Shown: positions 23,964 through 38,200 of the stretch, in pieces
Layout of the letters: each line of letters starts with the position of its first letter
Position numbering within the stretch: the stretch's first letter is position 1
Notes under the pieces: generated by a model
Seen by the model: the letters and a program-made list of their open reading frames with translations, nothing else
Told to the model about the DNA's origin: nothing
Databases searched by the model: none
Program-made: the position numbers and the translations under genes
Source of the DNA: Ruditapes philippinarum
Taxonomy: Eukaryota
Reading direction: 5' to 3'
Assembly (NCBI RefSeq): GCF_026571515.1
Contig: NW_026858687.1
Coordinates: 62,001-126,000, forward strand
Length of the DNA stretch: 64,000 nucleotides

Positions 23964-26900
23964 ATGAGCGTGAGCGTTGCAAATTATAAAATAATGCTAC
24001 GAACACAAGAAAGCACGTTTATTTTACTCCCTGTGTTTGTTTTCTTTGTGTCCGTGCACAGCAGATCACTGGGAAATATGAAAGGAAATCACACTTTGGA
24101 ATCGAGACACAGGCGTTCTCTTTCTCTCGGAAGTTTTAATCGCATGCAGGCAAACTGGAAATATTCAAAGAAAGAGGTTAAGAAAATGTTTGACGAATAT
24201 TACAAATGTATTGAGGAGGCAAACAAGTCGGAAAATCGTATGAAAGAAGCCATTACCGCAGTTCTTGCACTTGAAGGTCAGCGAGTCGACCTGAAGTGCC
24301 CGTCTTGTCAAAGACCAGATCAGGATTCTGTCAAGGCTAAACTGTTTTGGCAGCGCGCGAGAAACGTGGACTCGACAACCATGCATGTGGACCCTTCAGC
24401 GGAAGGTTTCAAACTGAAGAAAGACATGACGCTAGTCATAAAAAACGTTGATGTTACTGACGCGGGACAATACTTCTGCGTGAAAGATGGCGATTCTGAA
24501 GTCATCTACCAGGTAGACGTCCTCTTCCGGGAACCACAACGAACTGTCTCTGAGAAAAATATGGAAACGTTACTTCCGGCTCAAAAGTTGATAGATCATA
24601 ATCTTGAAGTAAGTAGCTCAGTTATTTTTCTTATCATGAATACAGATATCTAGATTCCAGATACGCTTATATCTTAAACATTATCTTAAAATTATTCTCA
24701 GACTGATGGTTGATGTGGATCTTGTCTGAAGTATTTGGTTAAAAATCATGTAGATGTAGACTACTGAACATTTGATTGAGATGTGATTTATATTTCAGTG
24801 TAAGGGAAACATCAATTTGGTGGCGTAGCATGGGTCCTGAAGAGGAAAAAATCCTGGCGGAGGGGATTTTTTTTTTCAGAAAAAGGGGGAATTATATACT
24901 GTTTATATACAAAATGTAGTGGGGAATGGGGACGAAATCGGGCCAAATTAGGCAGTAAAACCACTGATGATTGAATGCATTTTTTAAAAAACATATTTGT
25001 TTATAGGGCCTACATGTGTGTACATGTATATCTTGTTTAACATTCCACTATCATCCCCATTTCACATCTATAAAGTAATCGAGTTGATCATTTGATTTAT
25101 TTGATGCATTCCACACACAATTTACAGACATGAATGAATGCATGAAACACTGAATTCTGATGGGACATCTTTGTAAATATAAAATAAGATATATATTTAG
25201 TGCAAATGACAATGTTTTGAAGAAATCAAACACTTTCAGCCTTTATTTTCTGTCGAAGAATGGTACACTCTTATTTTCTTAACATTCCGATAGATTCTAT
25301 TACAAGTATTACATAAAAAAAATGCTTTAAACCTTGACTGTTTAGGTATTTACACACTGGTCAGATTGGGGAGAATGCGACCAGTGTGACAAACACGGAA
25401 AAAGACTGAAAATAGGGACGTGCATGGTACAGAAAATAGACATGGACAAGCCTATCGTTCCAGTAGACATTCCAATTATGAGTCTATATCCTAGAGGTAC
25501 TGCTTGATTGTTTTTTTTTTGTTTTTGTTTTTTTTTTTTGTTTTTATAAATAATCAATGGAGTGTTAGAGCGCTTAGTAACTGACTAGGGAGAACATTGG
25601 ATTTGTAGTACAGGACTAGCTAATTCAATACAAGGGCGAGGTAAAATTTCTTCATGGCAATTGATGTCGGACATTGAGTCTATGGGTCATTTGTTTTTGA
25701 AAGTTTTGTGGGATAAGCAGTCGATCACTTACGATGAAATTGATAATTATTGGTTTGTTATCCAGAAAATCCGGCTAGGGGTATCAACCACCGAGTCCTG
25801 ACCAAATGAAAACTGTTAAAATCAGCGCAAAAACCAAACAAACAAACAAATTTGGCATTGGATTCTAACAGAGGATTTTTATAGTTTAAGAATTCGTGTA
25901 AATATTTCTTCAGCAAATATCTTATTAAAAATCGGTCAACTCTAGAAGCAATGACTTTCTCACATTCAACACAACCCGATAAATCTCGAAATGTTCCGAA
26001 TATTGATGAGCTTGTGACAGAAATATATTTTCCTCTATACATAATTACGGGATATTTTATCGTTATATTTGCTTTTGTTTCACAATCCTATAAAGTGAAG
26101 TCTGTCAGGATAAATATAACGCGTTCGGGCATATTAACTAATGCAGTTTCTCTCGCACAACCACATATTAGTACTTACTTATTTGTTAATCATGTTTCAT
26201 TCAATGTCACTCTATTGTTTTGAACTACCGGTATGTTTATACATTATGCTATGAATGCGCTTGTTATATTCATTACTTTTTGATTTCAGGAGTTCCTTGT
26301 CGTTCTACGGTATTGTCAAGACCTGTGGCACATCTGCCAGGAATTAAGGGAAGAAAAAGTGAAGTTTTGGACGGTGAGCAAGTTTAAACATGGTACATGG
26401 AAAATATTGAGCTTTAGAAACGGAAAGCTAAAAGCGAAAAAGTATTTTTTTTTTGCAAATACAAACTTGCATATTTAATGAAATAAGAGAATTTGTATGT
26501 CTCTTTCTTAGATTCTATTTATTCATTTGCATCAAGGGGATCCTGCCCTGCTTCATTCTTCTATTTTCTTTCACAACACCAAAAATAGGTACATGAATGT
26601 GAATTAATAATGACCTACAGTAGCCTAATTTATTCAGCGTGAACCGCTTAACATAGTATTTTTCAGAATTTTTTTTCCTATGATAAATTGGTAGCCTATT
26701 TTTATCGGCAACACTATTTAACTGGTAAAATCTGATCGATTCTGTATCTTTAGAAATAATTAATCGGGTTTTGTATTTGAAACATACCGGTACCGTTGGC
26801 CTAGTGGTTAAGGCGTCCGCCTTCGGATCGGGAGGTCGAAGGTTCGAGCCCCACGGGGAGCGTTAATTGAAGGATGAATGTTTCTCGTGGGACTCGTTCC

Positions 26901-28228
26901 GAAATGGCCGCTTCGTGAGCCGCGAGGTAGTTAAAATGAATGGTTACCGATTTCTATCCGCCTGGCGCCTGGCATAGTGGTAGGAATCGGGAGGTACATG
27001 GTATGCAAGCAAAATGTGTCTCATAAGTCAAAATGGCTGGCCCTTTCAGTAGGGGTGACACTATAATAAACAAGACCTTTACCTTTACCTTTATTTCTGT
27101 GGTTTCAGTTCATTCTTTTATACATTTAATTTTAGATGAAATATATTACATCAAAATCTTATTCATTGTCATACATGAAACATTTGAACTATTTCACAAA
27201 ATCTTTCTAACAGTGTGCATATTTTTGTTGATGATTTTTACCGGTGTCGTATGAGATCTACAATACGGTAACATAAAATTTACATATGCACTGGTTGCGA
27301 ATCAAAATTGCGGATCGCAAAGAATATCACCATTGCGAAAAATAAAGTGGGTTATGTTTCCTTGGTTTTTCATTAAAAATGATATTATTAAGGAATTTGT
27401 ATACATGTACTAAAAACATTTATCACATACCCATGCTGCTTTTACTCCGTAAAAATGGTATTGCACGGCCGTGCATGTATTTTGACATGACGTTATTTGC
27501 GTTTTATAAACCATATGTAAAGACGCGCTGTATGTACGTTGCATTGCTGTATTAAGACGCGCCATATGTTAGCGTTACACTACAGGCGCGTCAAAGAAAA
27601 AATATTCTTTTGCACTTTAAACAGTCTTTATTTTGGGCATGCCATTATCGCAATGTCTCTGACAAGTTTAATAAGTTGAACTAATAACGAACATATTATC
27701 TTAACTTCAGGTATATGCTTTGTTGTATGTCCATCGACACCTCCTCCGATTCAAGTGACAGACAAGAACGGTAAAGTAATAGAAATCATTGAGGGTGGTT
27801 ACCATCCGATTGATAAACGACCAGAATTGCCTCCCTTAGTTCAGAGAAAGGTTCTGTATAAGGCAACTGGAACACATGTTAAATTGACATGTCCCACCAA
27901 ACAAAGAGGCAAGGTGAGATGGCAAAGAGGTGAAAGGCCTATAAATACAGCTACGATACGACGTCAAACTAGAGGAAGAGTTTTTGTTGACAAACTGAAC
28001 CGTTTGCACATCCGAAAGTTACGTATACGTGACAGCGCCCCCTATCATTGCTGGGTTTGGCAACGGCATGTTGGAGCATTTAAATTGATAGGCTTTAAAA
28101 AGATGAATGATAATTTAAAACATTATATTACTTATGCAGGTCTGTTTTTAACGATTATTGCTTTCCCTATATATTGCGCGTGCAAACTTTGTCTGGCGAA
28201 ACCGAAAGCAAAGAGGCGAAAAAGATGA
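23964..28228 (+). CDS. FAM187A-like Ig V-type / TSP1-like type I membrane protein, 465 aa
   Basis: Exons 23964-24608, 25346-25496, 26290-26373 and 27711-28228 sum to 1398 nt in frame. Signal peptide, RHRR furin-like site, Ig domain (LKC..W..DAGQYFC), WSDWGECDQC, GVPCRS, second Ig (LTC..VRW..DSAPYHC), TM helix and basic tail. Confidence 0.85.
25555..25850 (+). mobile_element. Old degenerate SINE
   Basis: Decayed tRNA-like head and 3' tail AACTGTTAAAATCAGCGCAAAAAC(CAAA)n. Confidence 0.5.
26786..27093 (+). mobile_element. tRNA-derived SINE (Meta-SINE-like), well preserved
   Basis: A box TGGCCTAGTGG, B box GGTTCGAGCCC, central ATGGTTACC...CCGCCTGGCGCCTGGCAT segment resembling the Meta domain, and an (ACCTTT)3 tail. 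Confidence 0.8.
27421..27640 (+). mobile_element. Family A element, partial copy
   Basis: TATCACATACCC...ACTCCGTAAAAATGGTATTGCACGGCCGTGC...TTAGCGTTACACTACAGGCGCGTCA aligns with ~11889-12075. Confidence 0.7.
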
Positions 28229-28413
28229 ACTCGGCAATGTTTAACTTCTCAAGTACATGTATGTTTTTAAAAACATATTTGATTGTATTGACATAACATA
28301 CAAGTCAACCTTCATCCTGACCATGCTTTTATTGTTGGACCTTTGATTGCAGATTGTACTAAAATACATATATATTGAAACTGTAAAGAATCATTTACTA
28401 GTATGACGTTTGA

Positions 28414-29983
28414 CTAATACTTGCAGAATAGCTTGCCACATAGATAAATCATGAAGCATATCCATACACACATAAACATCCAGTCAATAATCACAGTGGC
28501 GAATGCAAAAGTTATCAGATTTCGGTTACAAATATTTGGAAAGCAATCTGCGGTGACATTGTCTTCGCATTGTTTAAAATCGTCAGTCACTAAATGTTTA
28601 TAGTTGGGACATATCCATACACTTCCTGTAATTAGAAATGATAATATTTTGTCACTATAGATGTCTTATAACAAACCAAAAGCCATGAAATAAAGAAGAT
28701 ACATGTACAATATTTTGCCTGGCCTAGTAGTTTATAGGCTCAAATTTGAGGGTTCGATTTTTTAAGGTCAGTAGTGTGTGTACTGGAATTAATCAGCAAC
28801 CTCTGTTTTTAAAAGATTTATGTGGAAAAGTTAAGTTTATGCATAAGTTGTTTTAAACAAAGGTGCATGCCATATGTCTGAGCCATATGTTTTTTTCTCA
28901 AGATATTGGTTCTAGAATTTGCATCGTAATATATGACAGAATTGTAACATCAACCGTTATACGAGGACATGCTTACAATGCTAACATCACATAACGAATC
29001 ATTTACCACAAATCAGCCACGAGAAGTTAAACATAAAACCAATCACACCACACACTGTTCCCGGTCCACACAGGCCGCTTTCGTCTCTGTCTTTACGACA
29101 AAACCCGCTGAATAACAAAGGGGACATGCCACTCACAATGAGGTATACAGGAACCATGTTCTCTAGTTTACAGTCGTCCAGATACACAGCACCTGAGATA
29201 GATGTAGAAACTAAATACTGTTATGTGACATGCTCACGTGAACATAATATACTGCACGTGTTCAGGAATTCTAGAAACTGAATTTCATCACAATATCGAT
29301 GGTAAAATTCAATATTTTCTAAACATGTATTTATACCAACATTTATAAGAACACTTTAGTAAATTATTACAAAAGCCGAGTTTTGGATCTTGTCTAGAGT
29401 CGGTGGAAACATATCATTCGAACGCCTTACCCATGACAATCTTGGCCACTCCATATCCAACCAACAGGAGCACGAAACATATAATTGGACATAGTACAAC
29501 TGAAATGATGAATTTAACATTTTAGTTATAATGTGAAACTGAAATCAAAAATGTATGAAAGTATTAACGTGCTGTGTATTCAAATGTATCTACATTATTC
29601 TCCACTATTTTTGCCTCTCGCTATTTTAGTGATCTTATTATCTCCTTAGCAATCATTCGTGATTTCTCGGTAACCTTGGTAACCATTAACTGATAGTAAA
29701 ATTACATTAAAAAAATCAAAATACTATTTTATAGCTTAAAATATACCATTGTATCATAAGCAAGACCCTAAAAGACCTTTAAGGGTCCTTTGTGCCTCCT
29801 TAGTCCTTAGCACTGTTTAGTAGGATCCTTCGTATTGATAACGACCTGGTATAATAATTATATGTTTTATCTCCTGGAATTGAAACGCCTTTTCTAACAA
29901 TGAAACAAGAAAACTTGCTAAAACACATACTTACTCAATGTAATGTTACAGTAGTCACTGACCTGTGCTCTCCCCTTTCCCAT
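28414..29983 (-). CDS. TMEM272-like four-TM protein, 171 aa
   Basis: Exons 29983-29935, 29499-29431, 29192-29007 and 28625-28414, all phase 1, total 516 nt. Motifs KIVMGAVYLDDC..ENMVPVYLIVSG, FNFSWLICGSVWI and CNRNLITFAF are characteristic of the TMEM272 family. Confidence 0.85.
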
Positions 29984-30374
29984 TAATACGTTTTACCCGA
30001 AAATAGATTGTCACACAACGTCTCTATAACATTTTTCAAAATTCATTTAGCTTATTTGTTAACATTTAACAATGATAACTGTGTAAGTGTTAATTGTCTT
30101 GTCCGGAAATCACGACAAATGACTATAAGTTTAATACAAATTTATTTATTAGCAGGATACGAACACTTACAGTACAACAAAAATTAGAGTAAATCAGTAA
30201 GCTGGGACATAATATAAAATCATACTACATGTAGTAGTAAGTATAAAAGTTTGGTTGTATACAAAACGAATTTTTAAAAAGAGTAACAAGAAAAAATCCT
30301 CGAAGCATAAAGAATAGACCTAAAACAAGTGATAACATCCACATCTATAGCTTAAGGTCTTCAGCTTACCCTTT

Positions 30375-30672
30375 TACATGACGCATCAGACTTTCAGAAT
30401 CAGAAGTTCAACTTCACGAATTCACGACATCACCATTTCAACTTTTTGAATTGAACTTCGTAAATTCACATTTTGAAGTTCACGAATTTAAGATTTCATC
30501 TTCACGAAGTTGAATTCGTTTATTGAAGAGGTTGAAATCGTGAATTCAATAAGTTGAAATCGTTAAGTTCAAAACATGATTTCATGAAGTTGAATTCATG
30601 ATATCGTGAATTCTGTATGTTGAAATTCACGATTGTGAAATTCACGAAGATGAACCCCGTCAATCTTTCGTA
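30375..30672. mobile_element. MITE-like element with inverted arrays of short TTCACGAA/TTCGTGAA repeats
   Basis: TGACG...CGTCAATCTTTCGTA ends. The internal ~7-nt motif occurs in both orientations. Confidence 0.55.
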
Positions 30673-33600
30673 AAGAAGCATGACTGCTGTTACACTATAT
30701 CCACGACTGTCGGGTTAATACCTCGTCTTCCCAATTACAAAACTTATCTGATTATGGAGTACCATTGTCCGTTAGGACTGTACTGTACAAAATAATATAG
30801 CGTGCAATTGGGGGAAAAATTAACTAAATTACAAACAGAATATCATATCTTATCACAAATAAACAAAAGTAATGTCAAAAAGTAATCTAAAATTTCTTCG
30901 TCTGTCGGTCTTAAATACTAACCTAACCGGTTTTTGGCTAAATACCGACCGGAGCTGTTTAAACGTGACCCTTTTAGTGTTGAAGAATAAATCACTGCTT
31001 GAACCGGTGCTGGGTGCGTAAGAGATGTAACACGCTCCTTGTCTCTCAAAGTCAGACTATAGGCATCTTTTGGTGTTTTATTGTTCAAAAAAAGATCTCC
31101 CCATTAAGATTCTTAATACTTGAGTTTAAAAATTTCTTCATTCCAATGATGGCAAAGTAGTTTTGCTTCATCATTATTGCGATCACTTGTTTTTGTATAA
31201 CAAACTTCTGTTTATATAAACACGCTGCATTTTGGTACATACAACATAAAACAAAAAGCTTAATTGCTAAGGAAATACCAGTTAAAGCCCTTTATAAATT
31301 GAAATTTAATTAACTTTTATTCTTTAACAATTTGTTGACAGATCATGTAAACAACAGTATTTTACTCACATTTTGACTGGCTATTCCGTATGTCACACCA
31401 CCGCTATGTGCACATTGTTTTTCAATTACGAAATAACAACTTCATCAATATATTTTTCAAAATTTGAAATATGAATGGCCGAAAAGCACGAAAGCTACCT
31501 TCACGTGTTTCTCGTTCAATAATATCACCAAGATTGCTTTGCATTTTAATGCTTGCTTTCATATAATCATGCTTGTTTTTATGATAGCGTGTATCGTGAT
31601 GATGATAAAAATATTGATATATAAATATCAGTATGTTCCTAGACGATATTTTGTGACGGAAGCTTCTTGATTAATGATTAAAGTCACTTCCAAAGATATG
31701 GACATCACATAGGATTTTGATAACAACAGACGACAGTTTTCATATTTAATGCCGCCTATATTACCGGTATTTTCTTCTTGCTGTTCAATTTGTAGCAGCA
31801 TTCACTTGCAAATATTTTAACAGTCTTATAACAGTACTTACCAGGGCCTTTCAAATTTCTATTTGAAAGACCATGACCAAACGGAGCTTTTCGGAGGTGA
31901 GTGATGCCAAGTAAAGTACAGATTGATATAATTGTTTGAGGCTGAGTACTACTAAATATACTCTTTTAATGTTTCATTCTTATTCCAAACATACTTAAAA
32001 TGGCTCCTCTTATATTTGTTCAAATGCATTTTCAAATGCATTAGAATAGTTTAATTCTATAAAAGTTAAGATTTAAATAAAAATAAAAACTAGTAAGAAA
32101 ATCCACGAATAAGAGAACGTGTACATAACTGATTAAAACAATTCATTAAATTTTGCGTCTGTCTTTGTGAATATTAAATCAATTGAGAATTCGAGATCAT
32201 TTTAATGTGTGACATTTTGACATAGAAACAATGACATTTTCTGTGTTAAGGGATGTTTTTGGACCAACATAAAGTGCTTAATAAATACATAAACTGGACA
32301 GTGCATAAATGACTGATTGTTATGTTCTTAATATTTCACTTTTTCTAATTTATGGCGCGTTTGCTGTTTATGACTATGAATGTAATTGACTAACGTTATT
32401 TATAAGCGTATATAACCCGTGTTTAATTTAACATCTTATCTGTTTCATATCTTGCTCCGATGAGATGAACATTTCCTTTGAAAATACTCGTATATAATAC
32501 TTTGATACTTATGTAAATTGCATGGATGTAAATTACCACCACTTTGTGCTTCAAATTTAACTCTTTTATAGCATGACTGGTGACATGTCCGGGGCCCGTA
32601 TTTTGTTATAGTATTTTCAAAGCAGTACAGTTTAAACGTCCTTGTCTATCTGGATGGCAGACCAGGTACCCTTGTCTATTGTGGTGGTTTTAAGTTGACC
32701 ATAATTATATGGAAAATTATTTTGTATGTATACTTATAAATTCATTTAACCTTTTTGGCAAATAAATAAATTAACACATTGTTTACACTCAACAACTTTA
32801 TTTAATTTTTAGTGCAAAGTACACAGGACAGGACCGAGGCTTCGATGTAAAAACAGATTCATAAAATGCATTATCATGATTATAAAAAGATGGGATAATA
32901 AAATAAAAAAGAATTAGTGTAGAGTTATCTCATTAACAAAGAAATAAAATTTTGTTTAAAAGATGATAAAATGTTAAATATAGCACACGCATTTACATGC
33001 AAATTGTTTTGTGAAATATCCGAAGGTAATGCCCTTCTTTAATTGTCAATTCGGAGGTAAAATAACACTATTTCACACACGTATCTTGATATCTTAAGTA
33101 ATGTTCAGAGTATGAATGTTACCGTTTCCTCTTTATGGCTTTAACAAATTCGAAATTAATGCGTCAAAAGTCGGAATACATTCTTAATGTCATCTGCTGT
33201 ACAAAAATGCAAAGTTATATGCATATTTTTTTCTTATACAATTTATGCAAAGTTTATCGTTTCAGTTGTTAGCTGATGTTATATTATTATGCACAAATTC
33301 GTTACAAGTGGTTATTTTTTTAACTATTTGGTCATGAAGTTTACTTACTGTTTTTTTTTCTCTCATAATGACAGAATAACTACTCTTGGCACATGATTTA
33401 TGGTGATAATATTTCACGTTATCTTCTTTCAATTAATCAAGTAACTGCAGTTATACAAATACTGTAAGTAAGATTTTAACTTTCATGTTAGACGACCCTT
33501 GTAGCAATAAAGCGATATTTCATTTCATCTGTTCTTATCAAAGTGCGCAGGGCTTTGTAAACAATACCAGATTTGGGACTGTACTGAAATACAAGGGTGG

Positions 33601-33773
33601 AATATTTATGTTTCTAAACACGGACGAGCGAAGAACACTCTCGCCACGTTATTATCCGACGTAATGTTACGGTGTTTAATTTTTCGCGACTGTCAATTTT
33701 TGTCAGCGGAGCACGCATGATGCATTTTACGTTTGTTTCTGTTTGAAAGGATATAATTCATCTTATATACACC

Positions 33774-35183
33774 ATGATGGGCAAGCTATCGGTTTTATTT
33801 ATATTTATCACAGGTAAGAGAACATTTCTCGTTGAATTACAAATACCAGTTTAATTATGGCGTTTATTTGACTTATGCATGATAATGAAATTAATTGAGT
33901 ATTATTTTCAAATAAACATAAAAGCATGTGACAAAGTCAACAAAAATACGATTTATTCTGGTATTGTGCATATTTTGTATACAATTGTATACTTGATATA
34001 GTGTATAGGTCTATTCGTGTACAAATGGTGTTATATTTACATCAAATGAACGTGAATATAATGTTACATTAGATGCGGAATTAAATATTTTCATCTACTG
34101 AATCATAACAGCACGCAAAAATTATCATGAAATATATTACATATACACTTCTGATAAGTAATTAGAGCAGTATAAATGTTTAAATTAGTGGTGTCTTTGT
34201 CAACTTCTTATTAAACATAGGTTCACAATTTTTTAAGTGAAAGTTGAAGTACATGCGGCTTTTGTCTTTATGTAAACAGTATATATGGCTTCTGCAAAAC
34301 CTATCATGTGTCTTTATTTATTTGTGTTTGATTTCTTTATGTTTTCACTTCTATTTTTTAAATAGCGTGATCTAACACAGATAAGTATGAAACCTCGACA
34401 ATTTTTGAAAATTTTGTTACCACAGAAAGATATTTTCGTTGCTCTGCTTGATAGATTTAGCCTGTCACATTAAGACGGATGTTGCGATTAAGGTTGAGAG
34501 CCACTAATTGTTTGGCCTGTCCTTTAATTCGTATCACAACCATTCGGCACATTTGTCGTGAAAAAAAGAGAAAAAGGTTTTGGTAAAAACATTGATTACT
34601 TCGGGCGACCTTCTTGTCCAATAAGGAGCACGGTGCGCAAAACACACCGTCAGTGCTCGGGGAATATTAGTTCCAAGCATGTGTCTTGAACCAGGCACCT
34701 ATTAAGCTTTTAACTTTCCTCTGCTGAATCTGTATAATATATTGCAAAAAAATCATTTTATAAGATAAAAATCTGTACTGTATATGTTATAAAATATAAT
34801 TTTTTTTTATAAAATTTATATACATGTAGTGTATAGTAATGTTATTTATTCTCGGAAGAGTGTTAACATAGAATATTTGACATTCACATGAGCACTGTGC
34901 GTAAACAGAATAAAATTCTATAACGTTACTGCTATTAAAATATTATAACATATTTAATAAAATTAACACACTAACAAACTTTATACTCGATAGTATATAG
35001 TGCGTAACTCTAGATGCTTTCATGGACGAATAGCCTTATGGAATAAATGAAATAAACTCCTATAAAATTTAATTTAATGCTTTTTAGTGCATTACTGATT
35101 TATCCGTGAATTTATATTTGATAATTTTACAGTGAATAATCAAAATATAATTTCACACTTTTCAATGAAGAGACTTCCTTTTA

Positions 35184-35257
<74 letters not shown>

Positions 35258-38200
35258 AGACTTTCATGAGGCCCTCAACAAGTAACAATGTATTTAAATA
35301 CATTTTATGTTAATACATACAAGAGATTATCATTTTGTATACAGCGGTGTGTGATAATATCTCAAGCATAAGGTTTTAAAATGGTTCACAAATGTAGCAG
35401 ACTTTATATAATCAGGAAGGCCGCTCCAAATACAAGATCCAGAATGAACAAAAGAAATTGTTCAGTATTTGGTCTAGAGGTGTAAAGTTGAAAATCAGAT
35501 GTGCGAGTAAGAACATCTGACGATAAAATAAAATTATTCGATACATAGGAAGACGCAGATGCAGTGTCATAATCTTTGTCTAAAATTAGTCTTACAGCTC
35601 TCTTTTGAATTCATATTTATTTTCTTTTTACTATGTAACATAAGTTGCCGTGGAACATTTATTCAGACGAAGGCTATAAAGATACTCCACTTGTAAACTA
35701 TACCTAGTTTCAACTTAGGCTGACCTCGACGGTAATACTTTTCTGTTTATCTTGTAAGGTGTACAAGTTCAGTGTACTCTATTTGCGCTTAAGAATAAGT
35801 ATTTCTTTCATCAAAACAGAAGTAGTGGTAATAATTATGTCCATAATAAAAGTGGTCATTTTAATGGTAATGGTTATTATTANNNNNNNNNNNNNNNNNN
35901 NNNNNNNNNNNNNNNNNNNNNNNNNNNNNNNNNNNNNNNNNNNNNNNNNNNNNNNNNNNNNNNNNNNNNNNNNNNNNNNNNNNNNNNNNNNNNNNNNNNN
36001 NNNNNNNNNNNNNNNNNNNNNNNNNNNNNNNNNNNNNNNNNNNNNNNNNNNNNNNNNNNNNNNNNNNNNNNNNNNNNNNNNNNNNNNNNNNNNNNNNNNN
36101 NNNNNNNNNNNNNNNNNNNNNNNNNNNNNNGTGATGATGATACTGGTGCTGGTGTCTATGATGATGATGATGATGATACTGGTGCTGGTGTCTATGATGA
36201 TGATGATCGTAGTATTACGATGACCGGTTAATCAGCAATTATAAGTTTACGTACATTTGTTGTTACTTAAATATCTCTTGTTGTCTAAATGATTCAATAG
36301 ACACGGTCACACCGTTGTTTTTTCCCCAGATGAACTCGACGTTTATTAAACAAACGCTATTGAGAACAATTTATGTGAAAAGATTAGTCTGAAATTAAGG
36401 TATTCTCATCGGGCGAAAAAAGTAGAGCAAATTGACTAACATACGTTTGTCATTAATTATATTTAGATACAAAATAAAAGTATTTTTCAAAAGAAACTGA
36501 AATACATATATAACTGGTAACATTTGCTGACCATTTTTTTTTGAGAAACACGTTTCTCATTTTCATTCTATGTATTGAGTTAATTGGCGTATAAGTCTTA
36601 TTTCAATCTTTTATTGAAACATTCTAGATGGTTTGTTTAAGAGTTGATTCCGAAAGTAGGGGCGTATTCCATTAATATTGTAAAAATCATAACTGTTAAT
36701 ATTCATTATCTTTAAACAAACATTAAAGCTGCACGCCTCCAGATCCCGAAAATCAATGTTGAGAAAAATGTACTACAATTTTTAGAATGGTAAAATCATT
36801 TAAAATCCTATTAAAACTTATCATATGTTATGTGTGGTTTTAAAATGATTTTGCATTATTTTATCACCAATTTTTTTATTGCGAGACAAATGCAGTAAGA
36901 GCTGTTTTTGCATATGTTGACCACTTTTTGTAATATTCTTGGATTGTAAGTGCCAATGCAGTATGTAAATTATTATTTTTGTTCACCTCACAATATTTTA
37001 CTTTAAAATACATTTTTAAAATTTTAATGAAAATTAACATGAATCTGGAGGCGTGCTGCTTTAATCTTTCCTTCCAAATAATAGGCAAATAGAAGTGGCT
37101 AAGTTAAGTGCATCGAAACACGAGGATATCTGATTTGTTAGCCCCCGAGTATAAATCAGATCGCCGAGTGTTTTGATGTTCTTTCTCTTTTGTATCATTG
37201 TCAAAAATAAAAACACGTTCCCTGATGTCACAATATGAAACCCCAGAAAAAAGGAACCAATGAACGAGCATCTGAATTATGATATTTCTATCGCTTTCCC
37301 TTTCTCCGTCGTCACAATATGTAAACCCCAGACAAAATGAACCAATCAATGGGCATGCTCTGAAGTGCGGGGAAACTTATACCTGCACTGTGCATGTATA
37401 TGTATACGATTTAACTCGGACACATTTTCAACAGAAAGGTACCCAAACTATGATACAATCATTACTAGTTAAATTATGTGTTATATGATTTAACCTGCCC
37501 CCGATAGACATTTACAAAATTTAAAGACCTATCTATAGCAAAACAAGTTTATTATTTCAACCCCATGCTTCACAACCTAGAGATGTGCGGAATTACGGCA
37601 CGAGTAACAAATCTTTTAATATCTACTTATAGCTCATAAAACATGTATACATCTGCTTCATTACGCGTTTTGTTATGAATATTGTTCTTTTCTCTAGTTT
37701 GTTTAATAACAAGTTACAATTTTTTACATTTAACCACTGTCTAGATATTTCTTTTTTAAGCCTAATAAAGAGATAAAATATAAAGTTTAGCAAACTTTAT
37801 TACCCCGCCAATCAAAATGAAATCCTTTTGAAGGATACAATATTTCAATTTCTTTCATCTACACTATTTTGGCTTTAACAAATACTCGATATGCTTAAAG
37901 AGACTTTGCCCAAATAAGCAAGCACATTTTCAAAAACAAACAACTGGAAAGATAAAATCATTCAAGTATATCTATGAAAAGCCAAAGAAATTCTTAAATG
38001 TTTAATAACTGAACATAATTGCTATATTATCTTCATTTCTAACCGAGTTGGTGCTGTATTTGTATAAACTAATTAATGTAACATTTGTCGATATCACGTG
38101 CCTTCACAAAACCAACGTAATGCGTTTGCGACCAGCATGGATCCAGACCAGCATGCGCATCCGCGCAGTCTGATCAGGACCCTTGCTGTACACTTGTTAT

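Noticed and set aside
26786-26860. tRNA gene
   Set aside because: Continues into a SINE body and (ACCTTT)n tail, so it is a tRNA-derived SINE head.
34450-34700. GC-richer island in chitobiase intron 1 as a possible ncRNA
   Set aside because: No recognisable RNA-family motif, repeat boundary or ORF support.
35759-36223. ORFs spanning N runs (also 40863-41262 and 58335-58599)
   Set aside because: Artefacts of gaps and microsatellites.
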